From Dudresnaya verticillata (Eukaryota), in NCBI GenBank assembly GCA_977862235.1, contig OZ374566.1, forward strand, positions 1 through 64,000: 64,000 nucleotides of DNA. Reading direction: 5' to 3'. The translations under genes and the position numbers were made by a program. A model generated the notes under the pieces. It was not told the DNA's origin. It worked only from the letters and a program-made list of their open reading frames with translations, and did not search any database. Positions 36,803 to 50,100 of the stretch are shown piece after piece. How positions within the stretch are numbered: position 1 is the first letter of the stretch; each line of letters opens with the position of its first letter.

Positions 36803-37990
36803 TTGGACGGCAAGGGGCATGGTCTCCGACCGAATGGGCGCGATTTTTCTGAGATGAGTCGAGAAGAGATGGCTGATCTGTTCAGGAAGTGTCTGGTGGC
36901 CATCTCGGAATGGGATGAGAGAAAGAAGGCTTACGAGGACGAAACGCGGCACACCGAGAAGAAGGAAAGCGATAATATTGGAGGATTGGGTGATCAACTC
37001 ACGTCAGATGCAGCACGTGGCCGCTCTGATAAGGATAAAAGTACAGTCGGAGCTCGCAAAGCGGAGCGTGAGGCTTCAATTGCACGGCGTATACAGGAAT
37101 GCCTTGCGCACGCTGTTCGGGACCGTGATGCCGAGTTCAAAAGCGAAGAACAAAAGCTGGCAATGGAAGTTGTATTGCGCAAAGAGAGTGATGCATTAAT
37201 TGTGCTGAGGACAGGAGGTGGGAAAACCGCGGTGGTTTTCGGGTCCGCTCTAACTGAACAAGGAGTGACTATTTATATATGCCCCCTTCGATCACTACGG
37301 GAGGAGATCAAGGTGCGATGTGATGATATCAGGCTGCCCGTTGTGGATATTGAAGACTTGGACAACAACGAAGTTGAGAAGCGCTTGATGCCGAGAGGTA
37401 TAATCCTTGCATCTCCTGAGAGCGTGTCCTGTCGAAAGTATAATTCGGTGCTGAGGAAACTGTACGGAGAAGGGAAGTTGATGCGTGTTGTTGTTGACAA
37501 GGCTTACATCGTTGTTTTCAGTGCCCACTATCGCGACTGTATGTTACGTATGCGGCATGCAAGGCTGGATGGTGTCCAGGTACCGATCATTATGATGACG
37601 GCCACTGCGCCGCCACATTTGGAGAACCGTATTATAGCTTGAAACGGAGCTGAGGTCGGGAATACGAAGTTGATTCGTGGCAGCCTCCGCCGGGACAACG
37701 TAATTTATACAGTGGAACGGCTTGCGAAAACAACTGAAGAGGAGGTGGGGCACTGTATCAGACATGTTGTCTTCCATGCCGTGAGTGAAGCATTTATTGT
37801 GCGTGGTGGCGGGAAAGTTCTTGTTAGTGTTCTTACGAAGGGCGAGGCTGATCAAGTGCATACACTTCTCGAGCGGAGAAGAATATTCTCGAAAACATGG
37901 CATATTATAGTCTGCAAGTACCATAGTGGGATGAGTGATGAAGCACGGCGGAACAGTGTTGCCAAATGGGGCCGAAACGGGGCCCTATAG
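36803..37990 (+). pseudogene. RecQ-family SF2 helicase, telomere-linked-helicase-like; inactivated and truncated
   Basis: FKSEEQ (motif 0), LRTGGGKT (Walker A), ICPLRSL (Ia), SPES (Ib), VVVDKAY (mutated DEAH), MTATAPP (III). In-frame stop at 37640; cut after YHSGMS by a repeat at 37983. Confidence 0.85.
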
Positions 37991-39190
37991 CTATGCCGCA
38001 TAGGAAGTGCAACGAGAGGTAAGGGAATCAACGTTTGTCGGTTGACAACGTAGCGTCAGCCCTGACACAGAAACGTTGCACAGAGCTCCAAAACGCAGAA
38101 AGTGCCTGTTTCAACCTTTCCAACGGAATACGTTGCAGAGCCCCCCGTGCTCCCCGTTTTCATTTCGCCCTTTTCATCGATGAAAACCCCGCTTTCATCA
38201 ACGTCTCGGCTATTGGTCCACTTAGGCAAAACCCTCCTCTCCCATTGGACAGTCCTTGTATGCTCCCCTTCCCCCTACTCACCATACATGTAACCAGCGT
38301 AAACGACCCCTGGTCGCAACGTACGCCTAAACACCCCTACCGCAACGTATGCTCTAGACGCCTCTGCAGCAACGTACCCTCTACACGCCTCTGCCGCGAC
38401 ATACGCTCTATCTAAACGCTCCTGCGGCAACCTAGGCCTAGGTCTAACCCTCCTGCGGCAACGTGGGCCTAAACAGTGCCTTGCCCCCACGCCCCCGCCC
38501 CAACCTACCCTCTCCTTTATCCACTATCTACTGTAATCACTCCCTATAGCTATGCCGAATAGAAAATGCAACGAGCGGTACCAAAAACAACGATTGTCAG
38601 TTGACAACGTAGCGTCAGACCTTACGGAAAAACGTTGCACAGAGCCTCCAAACGCACAAAGTGCCTGTTTCATTGCTTCCCACGGGAAACGTTGCACATC
38701 ACCCCAAACTCCCCATTTTCACTTCGCCCTTTTCATCGGTGAAAACCCCGCCTTCATCTACGTTTCGGCCATTCGCCCACTTGGCAACAACCTCCTTTCC
38801 CATTGGCCACCCGTTGTAAGTACCCCTTCCCTCCCGCCTACCCTACATGTAACCGGCCTAAACGGCCCCTAGCCGCAACGTACCTAACCCCCCTCCACCG
38901 CAACGTACCCTCAAAATTCCCTCTACCGTAACGTACCCTCTACCGCAACGTACCCTCAAACTGCCCTCTACCGCAACGTACCCTCAAAATGCCCTCTACC
39001 GAAACGTACCCTCAAAATGCCCTCTACCGCAACGTACCCTCTACCGAAGCGTACCCTCAAAATGCCCTCTACCGAAACGTTCCCTCAAAATGCCCTCTAC
39101 AGCAACGTATCCTCTAGACGCTGTCTACGGCAACATAGGCCAAAACATCCTCTACCGCAACTTACCTTCTCAACACCCCTACCACAACAT
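37983..39190. repeat. Two diverged copies of a unit of about 559 bp, each ending in a CCCTCTACCGCAACGTA-type minisatellite
   Basis: CCCTATAGCTATGCCG...GTTGACAACGTAGCGTCAG at 37983 and 38542; 16/28-bp subrepeats at 38320-38470 and 38870-39190. Confidence 0.85.
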
Positions 39191-39570
39191 ACCTGACGTG
39201 CCTGACGTGCTTAACCACCTCGAGCCACGTCTCCTCTTACAATGGAAGTCGTCACGCACTGGCAGCATTCACAGCTCGAGAGCAGAGGCCACCTGTCACT
39301 CGACGGGCCACTGTAAACCAACGCTGTAAGGCAGGAAGTACCCCGGGACTACTTTGCCTTACAATTGAAGGACAGCTGGCACTGTAAAGCATGAAGAACC
39401 AGTGACCCAGTTTGTCCATCCGGCAAAACCCCGACTTTCTTGTAAACCGCAGAGAACTTCCTTTTTGCATCACGGGAGGTCACCGATGGACACCGACAAT
39501 GCTGCCGGTCTTCTTCCGATTGAGGATTGTCTTCCCGTCAGCAACTGCTAGCCGATCTTCACCTCTCAAG

Positions 39571-39935
39571 GCGGAAGCTCTTGTAGTCCTACAAGTGCTT
39601 GCGGTGACCTTCGGGCATGAACTGCTTCCTCAGCAGACTTGTGGCCGTTGCTATCATATTTGCTCATATGAGCTTCACCACGCCTGAGTGTGAACGGAAG
39701 CGTTTGTCGGTGCACATCTCCTTCCGCTGATCATCGGTCAACAACTGTCAGCTGTCCTTCACCTGTTCACCTGTCAGGGCGGAAGCTCTTGTCGTCGTAC
39801 AAGTGCTTGCGGCGACCTTGGGGCATGAACTATTCTGCCAGCGGACTTGTGGCCGTTTCTCTCGTGTTTGCTCCGGTGAGCTTCAACCATGCCTGAGTGT
39901 GAGCGGAAGCGTCTGTCGCTGCATATCTCCTTCCG
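39571..39935. repeat. Two diverged copies, period about 208 bp
   Basis: GCGGAAGCTCTTGT...CATCTCCTTCCG at 39571 and 39779. Confidence 0.8.
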
Positions 39936-40024
39936 GCAAGTTCCCTCAACAGCTGCCAGCAAAGGTGTCATTGTCATGCCTTACAATGACACGTGACCCA
40001 CGCGTAACTGTAAGACCAGGTATG

Positions 40025-40245
40025 CCTGTAAGACAAGATGATACTCCGGTCCTCTTTGCCTGACAGTTGAAGGTCAAGTCTCACTGTAAGACAAGATGAG
40101 ACTCTGGTCCTCTTTGCCTGACAGTTGAAGGCCAAGTCTCACTGTAAGACAAGATGAGACTCTGGCCCTCTTTGCCTGACAGTTGGAGGCCAAGTCTCAC
40201 TGTAAGACAAGATGAGACTCTGGTCCTCTTTGCCTGACTGTTGAC
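40025..40245. repeat. 58-bp tandem array, about 4 units
   Basis: CACTGTAAGACAAGATGAGACTCTGGTCCTCTTTGCCTGACAGTTGAAGGCCAAGTCT at 40082, 40140 and 40198. Confidence 0.9.
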
Positions 40246-40780
40246 AGGTGCAGACCACGGGTGACTGGAAAATGGCTGAGTCGTGCGGTACTTCCAACGT
40301 TACAACTGGAAGTACCGCTCCCATTGCGGAGTTCGGACGCGGCACTACGAGGTCAGTTTTGATTTCAGCAATAATTTTCCCCGTTCCCAGGCATTTAAAT
40401 TGAATGCTGAAAATTACCACAGAAATTAGTCGTCTCTATGTGCCAGAAACACTACTTCAGACCAAACATATTACCTACATATGGCAATACCTGTTTTGAT
40501 TCGTGGACCGTTCCTTTCCGTGATGGAGATCACGAGCTTTCACTGGATCCAGTTACTAATTTACGTTGTGTTAGCACGATTCGAGGGTGGCCAGACTCTC
40601 CACACTGCCGCACACCCGCGGACGGGCACGCGGCAGCTGCCGCGTGCCAGTTACGTGCCCGCTACCATCGACGAGCGTCTCAACCCCTATCGGGGATTCA
40701 TCGCCCCCCGTATTGTACCACTCTGCTCAACCTGGCCACCGCGCGCGAAGAGCGGACATGCGCGCGGTGGCCCGCTTAAG

Positions 40781-40970
40781 CGACGAGTGTCAAATCGCTC
40801 CCGGTTGGGCCTCCATCACACTATCTCGCCAACTTCACCCACGCGGGCGTGCCTACGCTTCTCCCCACTCTACGAGCGACGACGAGCGTCACATCGCCCC
40901 CGGTTGGGCCTACATCACACTATCTAGCCAACTTCACCCATGCGGGCGTGCCTACGCTTCGCCCCACTCG
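40781..40970. repeat. 2 x ~99-bp duplication
   Basis: CGACGAG.GTCA.ATCGC.CCCGGTTGGGCCT.CATCACACTATCT at 40781 and 40880. Confidence 0.85.
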
Positions 40971-41129
40971 GCGAGCGGCACAGCATCTATATAGATGCTG
41001 TGCAGTTCGCGGGCGCGCGTATATATACAAGATTGTACTGAAGTATATATTCGCGCGCGCGAACTGCCAAAGTCGCTCCCGTGCTCTTTGGCAAACCGAG
41101 TACTATTTCGGCGCTTTAGTTAGTCTTTA

Positions 41130-42995
41130 CTAATCATCCGGTAAACGATCGTTCCCTCGACTGAAGCGCAGCGCTACTTTCTCCAGTACATCTTCGTTCG
41201 CTAAATGCGCAAGCTCCCCGCAGAGTTGCTTTCCGCGAGCCTGTACAAAGGGTAGACTGAAGTCCAGGGTTCCAAGGTTGGACGTTTCTCGAGAGAGACG
41301 GTTGGACCACATCTTTGTGCTCAGCTTCGTCGTTCGACGCCAAGTGAGAACAATTTGTTGGAAACAGTGACTTTCTGCTTCGTGGGGATCGTGTATAAAT
41401 GCTTCCCTCTGCGTAAGTTTCAAGCGACTGTGAAACCTACCATCCACGACGTTGAACTTTCTTGTTCTTCGCGTCAGTACTACTGTAGGCCCCACCTTTT
41501 GATGACAGCAAGACTCCGTGGATCCACTCCCGTGACTCTTCGGACAGAAGACGGCGCTGTGTCCCATAAACAGATGAGCAGGAGCTTCATCATTCTCTTC
41601 ATCAAAGACGTATCCGCCGAGAATACGGAGAAGATCTTAATTCACTCCTGACCCACACTTTCGCATCATATCCATTCTGTCGGTTACACCAGGTATGTCA
41701 AGGTGCGTGCACAGATCGTCGAACGACGCGAAAACTATATGAAAGCGGGGACAGTCTTGCGCTGGAGATTGTGTGTGGCTGAAGCCCGGATAGAAGAAAA
41801 CCCTGTCCCTTGTTCGGACATCGGCTCGTATACATCGCGCGATGCTTTCAAACTCACCCAGTCCGCAGTCGGCAGTTGTTCGCATAACGAAGGAAGATAG
41901 TTTGTCCTTCCGAGGAACCAAGGTGATACCATCCATTCCCTGGCGCTTGCTCCTATCTTGAGTCATGTGCACAGTTGTCTTCAGTGCCGCTTGCAACCGT
42001 ACAGCTAGACGTGTTCGCAGGCATGACATGACTCGCTCGAGGCATTGTCGGTCACGGTTGGGACGGTCTCCCTCTTCCAGCCTAGAAAGCCTACGTTCGA
42101 AGAAACTTTTGTAGCGGAGTAGCTCTACTCTTACTTCTGCGTAGTTGTCACGGAGCCGTTGTATTTCCTCCATGCAGTTGCAAATATGACCTGTAGTAGA
42201 TGTTCTCAGGCGTTTAGAAACTGGCTCCCTCCACTCCCCGTCTTCATCCGATTCTTTTTCATTCTGACGATCGTCTCTAGCTGCAAAACGCCAAGATAGT
42301 TTCGGGTTTCCATTGCTTTCATCTCTGGAATTATCCAGGTCATTCGAAACGTCTTCACCTTGAGGAGCCTCGTCGTGACACGATAGCAGATACCCTGGGT
42401 AGAACAAAACTTTGTCGACCTACGCAGGGTAGTCATTTTCGGGAAGATAGTGGATTACTCCAGTGCCCAGTGCGCCTCCCTGTCCGAGAAGTGGCTCCAC
42501 AAGTAGGAGATCCGCTGTGCACCACACATCAGGGCATTCTGGATAGTGGTCCATTGTCCATAGGACCTGTATCAATGAAGCTCGTGACGGCAAGCCCGCT
42601 CGCGACCTCGTAATTCGCCCACCCCCCATGAGATGCAGAAAATACCTTGAGGTGTCGTTGACGTCCAATTCTACGCGAAGCTCTTCTAGACCCTTGAAGT
42701 TCGAATTCTTTCCAGTGGCCGGCAAAGTTCCGCCTGTTCGTTTCCACACGAACCACGGGCTCTCATACTTAAATCTGTTGTGGGAAGATAAGTCAGGCCT
42801 GACGCTCGTCAAAGAAGAGTCCGACAGCACTCTAGTCGTGCGACTACAGCCACCGTAGCCGCGGGAAAGGCGAGTTGTTCTGCTACGTGCGCTCAGAGAT
42901 AATGCGCTACAGTACACGTAAAAGGACCGGCCAGGGAAGGGAACAGAGTTTCCAGAGGTCTTAGAATGCACAGAAGACCGATGGACTGCATACAC
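41130..42995 (-). pseudogene. Unknown protein, fragmented (probable transposon accessory gene)
   Basis: Consecutive minus-strand ORFs 42420-42995, 41637-42407 and 41130-41567; coiled-coil segment MEEIQRLRDNY...LSRLE. Confidence 0.45.
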
Positions 42996-43800
42996 CCTTG
43001 CACATAAATCATCGCCGCTGCGATTGGTTGCATTAATGATACTGATGTATACTTCTATATATGTGGCGCCACGACTACCGTTCTATGAGCTCGTTCTTAG
43101 GTTCTGGCCCAGTCATTACCTCAATTTCTCCGATGCAGCAAGGATATGATTTGCACGCAATGCATTTCTCGTGTAGTAGGTGTAAGTATTAGTTATCTTG
43201 CTCAAAAACAGTCCTCAATAGCTCTTGCCTGGGCTCATACTGTGATGGACGTCCATAGTTGAAGATATCGTTGAGCGCAATTGATGCTCTCCAGACTGCT
43301 GACGCGCGTCGCTGCGCCGTTTACCTGTTCGTCTTGAAATGGGCGGGAACTTCTAACCATGCGAATCATGCTGTTCACAGCGTCTGTCTACTCAAGTGCG
43401 TGTGGCTCATCGCACTATCGAAACCAGAACAATGTTTGCCGCGAAAAAAGGCTGCCGCCGATGCTCAGCGCAGCATGTTGGCAATACTGCCAGTCAATAC
43501 CGCGTGTTACGAAGTTGTGGGGCCACATTCTATTCTTTGCACTGAACATATGTTGTTTAAGTGAGCAAACAACAGCTTCCTCCGCAATACGAGACGATCT
43601 TTTTCGCGCGAAATAATAGCTCATGTTGCCACCGAAACGATAACAGGATAGTCTGTGGTGACGTGGGAATCCCACGTTGGCGTTGTGTAGAAGACATACC
43701 ATCATCAACCGCAAAAAGGACATTGATCGAGGAATCTTGAAGCCGGTCTGGCCGCATCTACCTCCGAGTATAAATTCCCACTTTTGTTAACCAACCCCTC

Positions 43801-46348
43801 ATGAACCGTACGGTCGCACCCCCGGAACACTTCTCCCTTCTCTTCTGGGCACGACGTGCAGCTTCCCGAGAACGAGGGGATTACGTAATGGCTCCAGCAA
43901 GGCAGAAGCCATCCGCCCGGCAGCGCGGGCGACCCAAAAACACTTCGCAAAAGCTTGCGAAGTTCCGTGAGGATTTCGAGGCGCAAGAGCTTGCAAGCGG
44001 AAAGACTACTCAGGGCAGTCAGCCGAGTTCTGGGAAGGCAACGCCATCACCAAATTCGCGGAGGAGAACCAGACAATCTCCGTCGAGTTCCGGCGGCTCA
44101 GCCAATCCTCGAAGAAAATTCATCCTGGACTCAATTGATGACGCAACCGACATCCCACGCACAACAAAATCTTTATCACTACGGAAGAGGCGTGTGCAAG
44201 GACCCAGAGTCCCACCAGTATCTGGTAAAAAGCGCTTTCTACCTGTTTCAAAAGGTCATGAGGAGGATCTTGCCGACTCGGATCACAGTAGGTTGCGCAA
44301 CAATGGAGAAGAGTGCACGCAATCGATCGACAAGGAATTGACACGCCCATCGAAGAAAAGGAAGGAATATCTCACACCCGAACGCAGGCGTAATTCCCCT
44401 CTCAACTCGAGATTAATGTCCGGTAGCGCTACCAATTCAGATCGGCCATCGCCGATCGCCAGTCGACCAGGAGTTGGTGTTGAAGGTGCTCCTCGCGAAG
44501 ACTGCTCTTATGGGGAGGAAGCAGGGGAACAATACCCAGAATTTATTGATGAAGATGAAGATGTTCGTGCTAGTTCAGTACCAGGATCAGCCATGAGGAC
44601 ACGTAGAGGTGATGTCACAGAGGAGCCTCTGGCCAAAGGTAGCATTCTGCCCGCTTGTTCCCGCGATGATGATTTAGTCGGTCAAGAAATTAATTGCTCA
44701 ATTGAGCCTATCGTCACCACCGATGGTTTTCCACGTCCTCGGACTCCTACAGATACCGATTTTCTGTCCAGGCTTATATCCTCTGTGGCAAGAGATATAT
44801 CTCGACAAAATGAAGATCTTCACAAGGCATGTTTGGCAGCAATCAGGATGTTTGAAAGCAAACTCTCCTCGGAGATGAAGACGCTTCGAGAGGAGACTGC
44901 TGATATGGTTGTATCGATGCCTAAGGGTCGGAGTCCTCGTGGACTTTCGCAAGTCAAGAATGAGGTTAAAACCACTTTGGGACAATGGGAAAAAATTGAA
45001 TGACCTCACCCCTTTCAAAAACCTTGTGTTCTGCTCGTCCGTGTTTTCGCGAGTACTCGTCTATAATGTCCCTCTTATCATTGTGCAGATCTGCAAGGAG
45101 GTTCGTACTGGGTTACCCAGAGCGAGCGGTAAACGGGAGGCCGTTCTTCAGAATGCTTCAGAGGCGTTGTCCACACTGATGTTCAGTCTTATGCCTAACG
45201 AATCTTGTAAGAAATTCGAAGAAGGTATCGGGAAGAGGCACGGGAACTTCAGGTTTACAGTTATGCAAAATGCTTTCTATAATGTCCAACGAGACAGCTT
45301 TGGCTTCTTCAAGAAATCAGGCAGTTGTTCTTCACCTGGAACCAGTTCACATACGCCGAAGTCGACAACCGATGGCCCCGTCGACCAACCTTTGTGGACT
45401 AAGCCCGGTTACGTCACTTTGAATTCATTACACGCCGCTCGGCAACAACTGGAACAGAAGAAGGACACTCGTAAGACGAGAGTGAAGGACATCCCAGCCA
45501 AATCAGATGTGGCTACACATGCAGCCACGAAAGGATTTCGTTATCTTATCTCGCATCTTCATGACGGACGCGAGAGGCTCCGTTCTATGTTTTTCCAAGA
45601 TCTTGGATATCTTCTCGTGAACTGGAATGAGTTTATCCCAGATGTGGACCAGCGGAATCTCAAGCTGAGCTGGATGGATCAAGTCACAGTCGATTTGGAT
45701 ATGGAGAGAAGATATCTGTCGCTCGACGATGTTCCGGAAATGAATGTGCACCGTGGAGGCCCGACCACAGAAACAGATGCTAAGAACAAAGCAGAGTTGG
45801 AGGACTTCTTTGCTGAATGCCCGGAGATGACGCTTGTCGCTGAGCATGAAGTTTTTGTTCTGTCCGGTCCTCCCAATAAGTCAAGACAGAGGAAACATTC
45901 TGGTGGTGAGAACAAGGTAATCCGCCATAAGATCAATCTTATTGACGTATCCTGGAACTTTATCAGCGACTATACGAAGGCTGAAGATGGATGGTCTTTC
46001 CTTCGAGCGTAAGCGTTAGCTTTGAAGAGCATTTAAGCGACCGCAATGGTTCTGAGAGAGCTGGTAGATATTTACATCCGGTCGCTCGACCCGAGCACTG
46101 GAATTCGTCCAAAGTTAGAATCGATCGAGATAGGACCCACTAGCATAGCCTTGCTCATGCCCGGCAGAGGGACTCAGGGAACGCTCATAGGGAGTCTTTG
46201 TATTCGATTGACTGAGGCAGAGTTTGCTGCCCTACACCAGCCCATGTTCGATCGAAACGAGAATGAGGAAAGTCCCCTTGAGGATGAAAGGGATGACGCA
46301 ATGGTTGAGGTTTCAGACGACGTGGGTGTTGTTGCACTTGCAATTTGA
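43801..46348 (+). pseudogene. Unknown protein (disordered basic/Ser-rich N-terminus, helical C-terminus) with frameshift and stops
   Basis: ORFs 43801-45003, 44909-46012 and 46046-46348 form one coding-like run. Confidence 0.55.
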
Positions 46349-47197
46349 GTTTAAAATACTCAGCACTAAATGCAGTGGCGCCACTGGGCGCCCTTGATCA
46401 GACAAGGCATAGAGCAATCAAACTAAGTTTTTGCAAGCACAACGAGACATATATGTATCACGCGATGATAAGAATTCGTATCCATGCAGGCATGCCTATA
46501 CGCATACATGCATTAACCAGCGTAGGTTTGTGCAGAGTAGTCTGAATAATGAATGGTGCTTCTCAAATCAATAAAGGGGTATTAGTTTCCATGAAAGATG
46601 AGCCGTTTTTGTCTCCTAGCTTGAGCCTAGCTTGAGCCCGGCTTCTGGCTGAAAACGAGCGTCTGAGAAGAATGGTTGGGAACGTGCGAGCTTGATGGTT
46701 CAGTGATGATGTCCCGCACGGAGATTTGACCTTCTACCGAGTCTTTCTGCTGTTGTTACTGTAGGAGGTGATACATTGCGGATATTGGCCAGAGGATAGC
46801 AATCAATTGTGAAACGCTAGTACGAGGGTGGAAAATCTCGATCGAGATTACTTCGAACCAATGACCGTGCAAGCGCTCACTTTCCAGCAATGAAAATGTG
46901 AATTGGTAAGCGTTACTGATTAGACTCCTAGTCCAGCAGGCAATACCATCCACAAGTGCCCCGGGGCACGGCGGAACTCGTGCGTGTGCAATGGGGCACT
47001 GCATGCAGCTGCTGTAGCTAGTGCTAGCAGCTGCTAGTGAGTGCTGTAGCATGGAGATGGTGTTCTGGAGTGGAGTATTGCATGCGCATGCCATGCGTCA
47101 TAGCGCGTTGGGAGGCCACCCTCAACTCAGCGCAGGTAATAATATCAATGCGGGTATCCGGATATGCTGCGTTTTATTAGTGACATTACAATACACA

Positions 47198-50100
47198 CTA
47201 CCCCATTCTTGGTGGGAATCCCTGTGATCTGCTTTGAAATCTCATCTTGGAACCTCTTAGAATGCTGCCACGATGTAGAACCTTACCCGTATTTCGATCG
47301 TAAGGACATAACTTGCCGTCTTCAGATCTGCAGTCGTGGTATAATGATATTCTTCTAACGCTATCACCTATTCTCATCCATTGGGCCGCATCCGAACTCA
47401 GTGGCTTTTCCATCATAATCATGTTGGACTCCTTTATGCAGCGCTGCACCAGAATCCAGCTATCGCCATGTCGAATCTGAGCCATGCCGATGACAACATA
47501 TTGTTGCAATTGGGCACCATTCTTGGAAGTGCAACAAAAAATCTTATTATTCATATCTCCTGGATGTACAAGAGCTTGAATGGCATTCCCTGGGCATATT
47601 ACATTATATCCGCCGACCGAGGAGATGTTGTTCCCGTCTTCTGGTTCCGACTGGACTCTTTTACAAGTATTAAACAGCGTCAGCTCCGATTTCACGACTT
47701 CGTGCCCGTGAATTGTAGGGTTCCACTCTCGAAGGCAATTAATGCAACTTTCAACGATAGCATTCACTTCCTCCGGTCGATCGACAATATATTCAGATGC
47801 AGTAGTCCTTTCTTTGATGCATTTCCATACCGTAGCATTCGGCGACGAGAAGTTGGATACCAGTGACCTTCCTTTCAAGAGCCTCTTGACTGGTGCGGAA
47901 AGTTGACCATTGAGGCAGTTGTCAATTTTCGCAATTATTGCAGGATGCTCATCTTCTACCAGTCCTTCTGCCACTGCCCCTAGCATGAACTTCCGTAGTT
48001 CTCGTCGAGCGACCTTGTTATTACTGACTTCTTCAGCTGTTAACTGCCTGGAGACATTGGCAAGACGACCTTGCCAGTCATTTCCAATGCAGTGCTCCAC
48101 TGCAGAGACATGTGCCTTCCGGTAGTTCGATCGAGCGATACATCTCTTTAGCGGCTGATGAGCATGTTCAAATAAAAGCTCGGTAAATTCTCGGACGTGC
48201 CCCATGATAGGGATGGAATGAAAATAGAGTTCTAGAAGCCTGTGTAGATTCGGTTTGTCCAGAAACCCTTTCAGATCAGGAAACTTGGAGCAAACGCGAT
48301 TCACTGATGATACATAATCCTTCGCCATAGCCTGTAGCTCCTGAGTATATATTGAGCGACCGGTGCCACACACGAAACTCACAGCTCTCCCTCCATCCAC
48401 ATCTTTTTCAGGCCACCAGTACGTATAACCTAATAATTTCTGAAGCTTCTGCAGTAGTCGAACGAGTCGACGTGGAAGATCCGTTTCATTTGTCGAGTGA
48501 CTTCGTAAGGGTAGCATTATGTCCATCACCTGGGAAGCGACGCAAACGACACAAAAGAGACTGGACAGGCTCATGCTGTTCATCTTCTTTGACGCTGGGT
48601 TATAAACTCTCTTCTGCTTGAGCAAGCCGTTTCCTGACAAAGCATGAACTATGTACCTGTCGGCAACGAGCCGTAGCCCTTTCGGAAATGCATTGAAGAT
48701 TGTATCCATTATATTGCTGGCAAAACCGGACAGAAGGTGGTCAGGGGCGACAAAGTTCGAGCGATATGCATCAAACAATCCTGAAACGACGGCGCTCCCC
48801 GAAATAGACCTTGGAATGAGATTTTGTACCTCCTCGAATCGTTCCTGTATATATAGCAACGGGCAGCTTTCTTCATCCACTCTAACTGCTGGTTTCATGC
48901 CCAGAATATTAGCATTTCTGTCACTCAGACCAGCATCTCGGAGTGCTCCTTGCCTTTCCCCTGTTCGAGCGAACGCAGAATCCTGACAATGTATCAGAGT
49001 AGTGTATCCATTCTGTGTCGATTCATCGTGATTACGTTTCTCCTTCCTGAATGTACAAAGAGTGCATGGAGTTTTTGCAATGTGTCCTAGTAGATCTACG
49101 ACATGGGCTGATGCAGGATAGTCCCCGATAAAACCGACGGCATCGATGAATATCCTGACGTCTTCACCACTGGGTGTTTTTCCCTGTATTCCATCTACCA
49201 TGGCCTTCATGAGATCATCAACAATAAAATGCAATACCTCATTAGTAGAAACGCCCGTTGGTGTGAGAGAAATAATTCGAACTGCCGAAGTGCTTCGTCG
49301 AGATTCTGCAGCAAGCCCAATTGGGAGCATGTAGCAACCTCCGGCAGAGCCTTGGGGAAACAATGAGGAACCCGGCTTAAAGTCGTCACAATAAAGTAGA
49401 ATTCTATATACAACGTACTGGGTACCATCTTGCAGAATCCCTTTGTTGGGCTCCGAATCTGCCAACTGATGAGGCTCCTCTTCGCTGGTCAGGTTGCGTA
49501 GTTTTTGAACAACTTGCCTGAGCATGGGTTTAAAGACTCCCTCTTCTTGTTATTTGGTTACCCAAAGCAAGGAAAGTGAAGGGATGCTGTCATTTTCTCT
49601 CATGTGTGCATGAACAATTATTATATAGGTTCTGGCGGTACTTTGTTCCTTCGGTTTCAACAAAGTACACTGATCTCCAGGGAACAACGAAAGGATGCGT
49701 TCCATAGCTGTAAAGTGCCCCTTGTCCATAACAGAACCTGAAAACAGCTTGACGACCGTCTTCTCATCCGCTGTCAATTCGGTCAGGGCGACGGCTTCCT
49801 TAAAGCTTCTATTATGTTTCTCCTTGTGTCCAACGCACCAAACGCGGAGCATCTTAGCTCTAATTCGAAACGAGCTTGAGGTGGTTGAAATTTTGTAGCT
49901 TTGGTAGAGGGCTGGCACTTGCCCTGAGACAACTAGCTCTAGATGACATCCTGGACCTGCTTGCTTCAGGAACCCTGAAGCATCTTCTACAAAAATATGT
50001 TGCCCCTGTAACAGGACTTTCTTCCGAGACTTGACAAGGGCTGAGCTCTCAAACGTCCTCTTAAAAACTCTAGTGCCTGACGGTCGTTGCTCACCGACTC

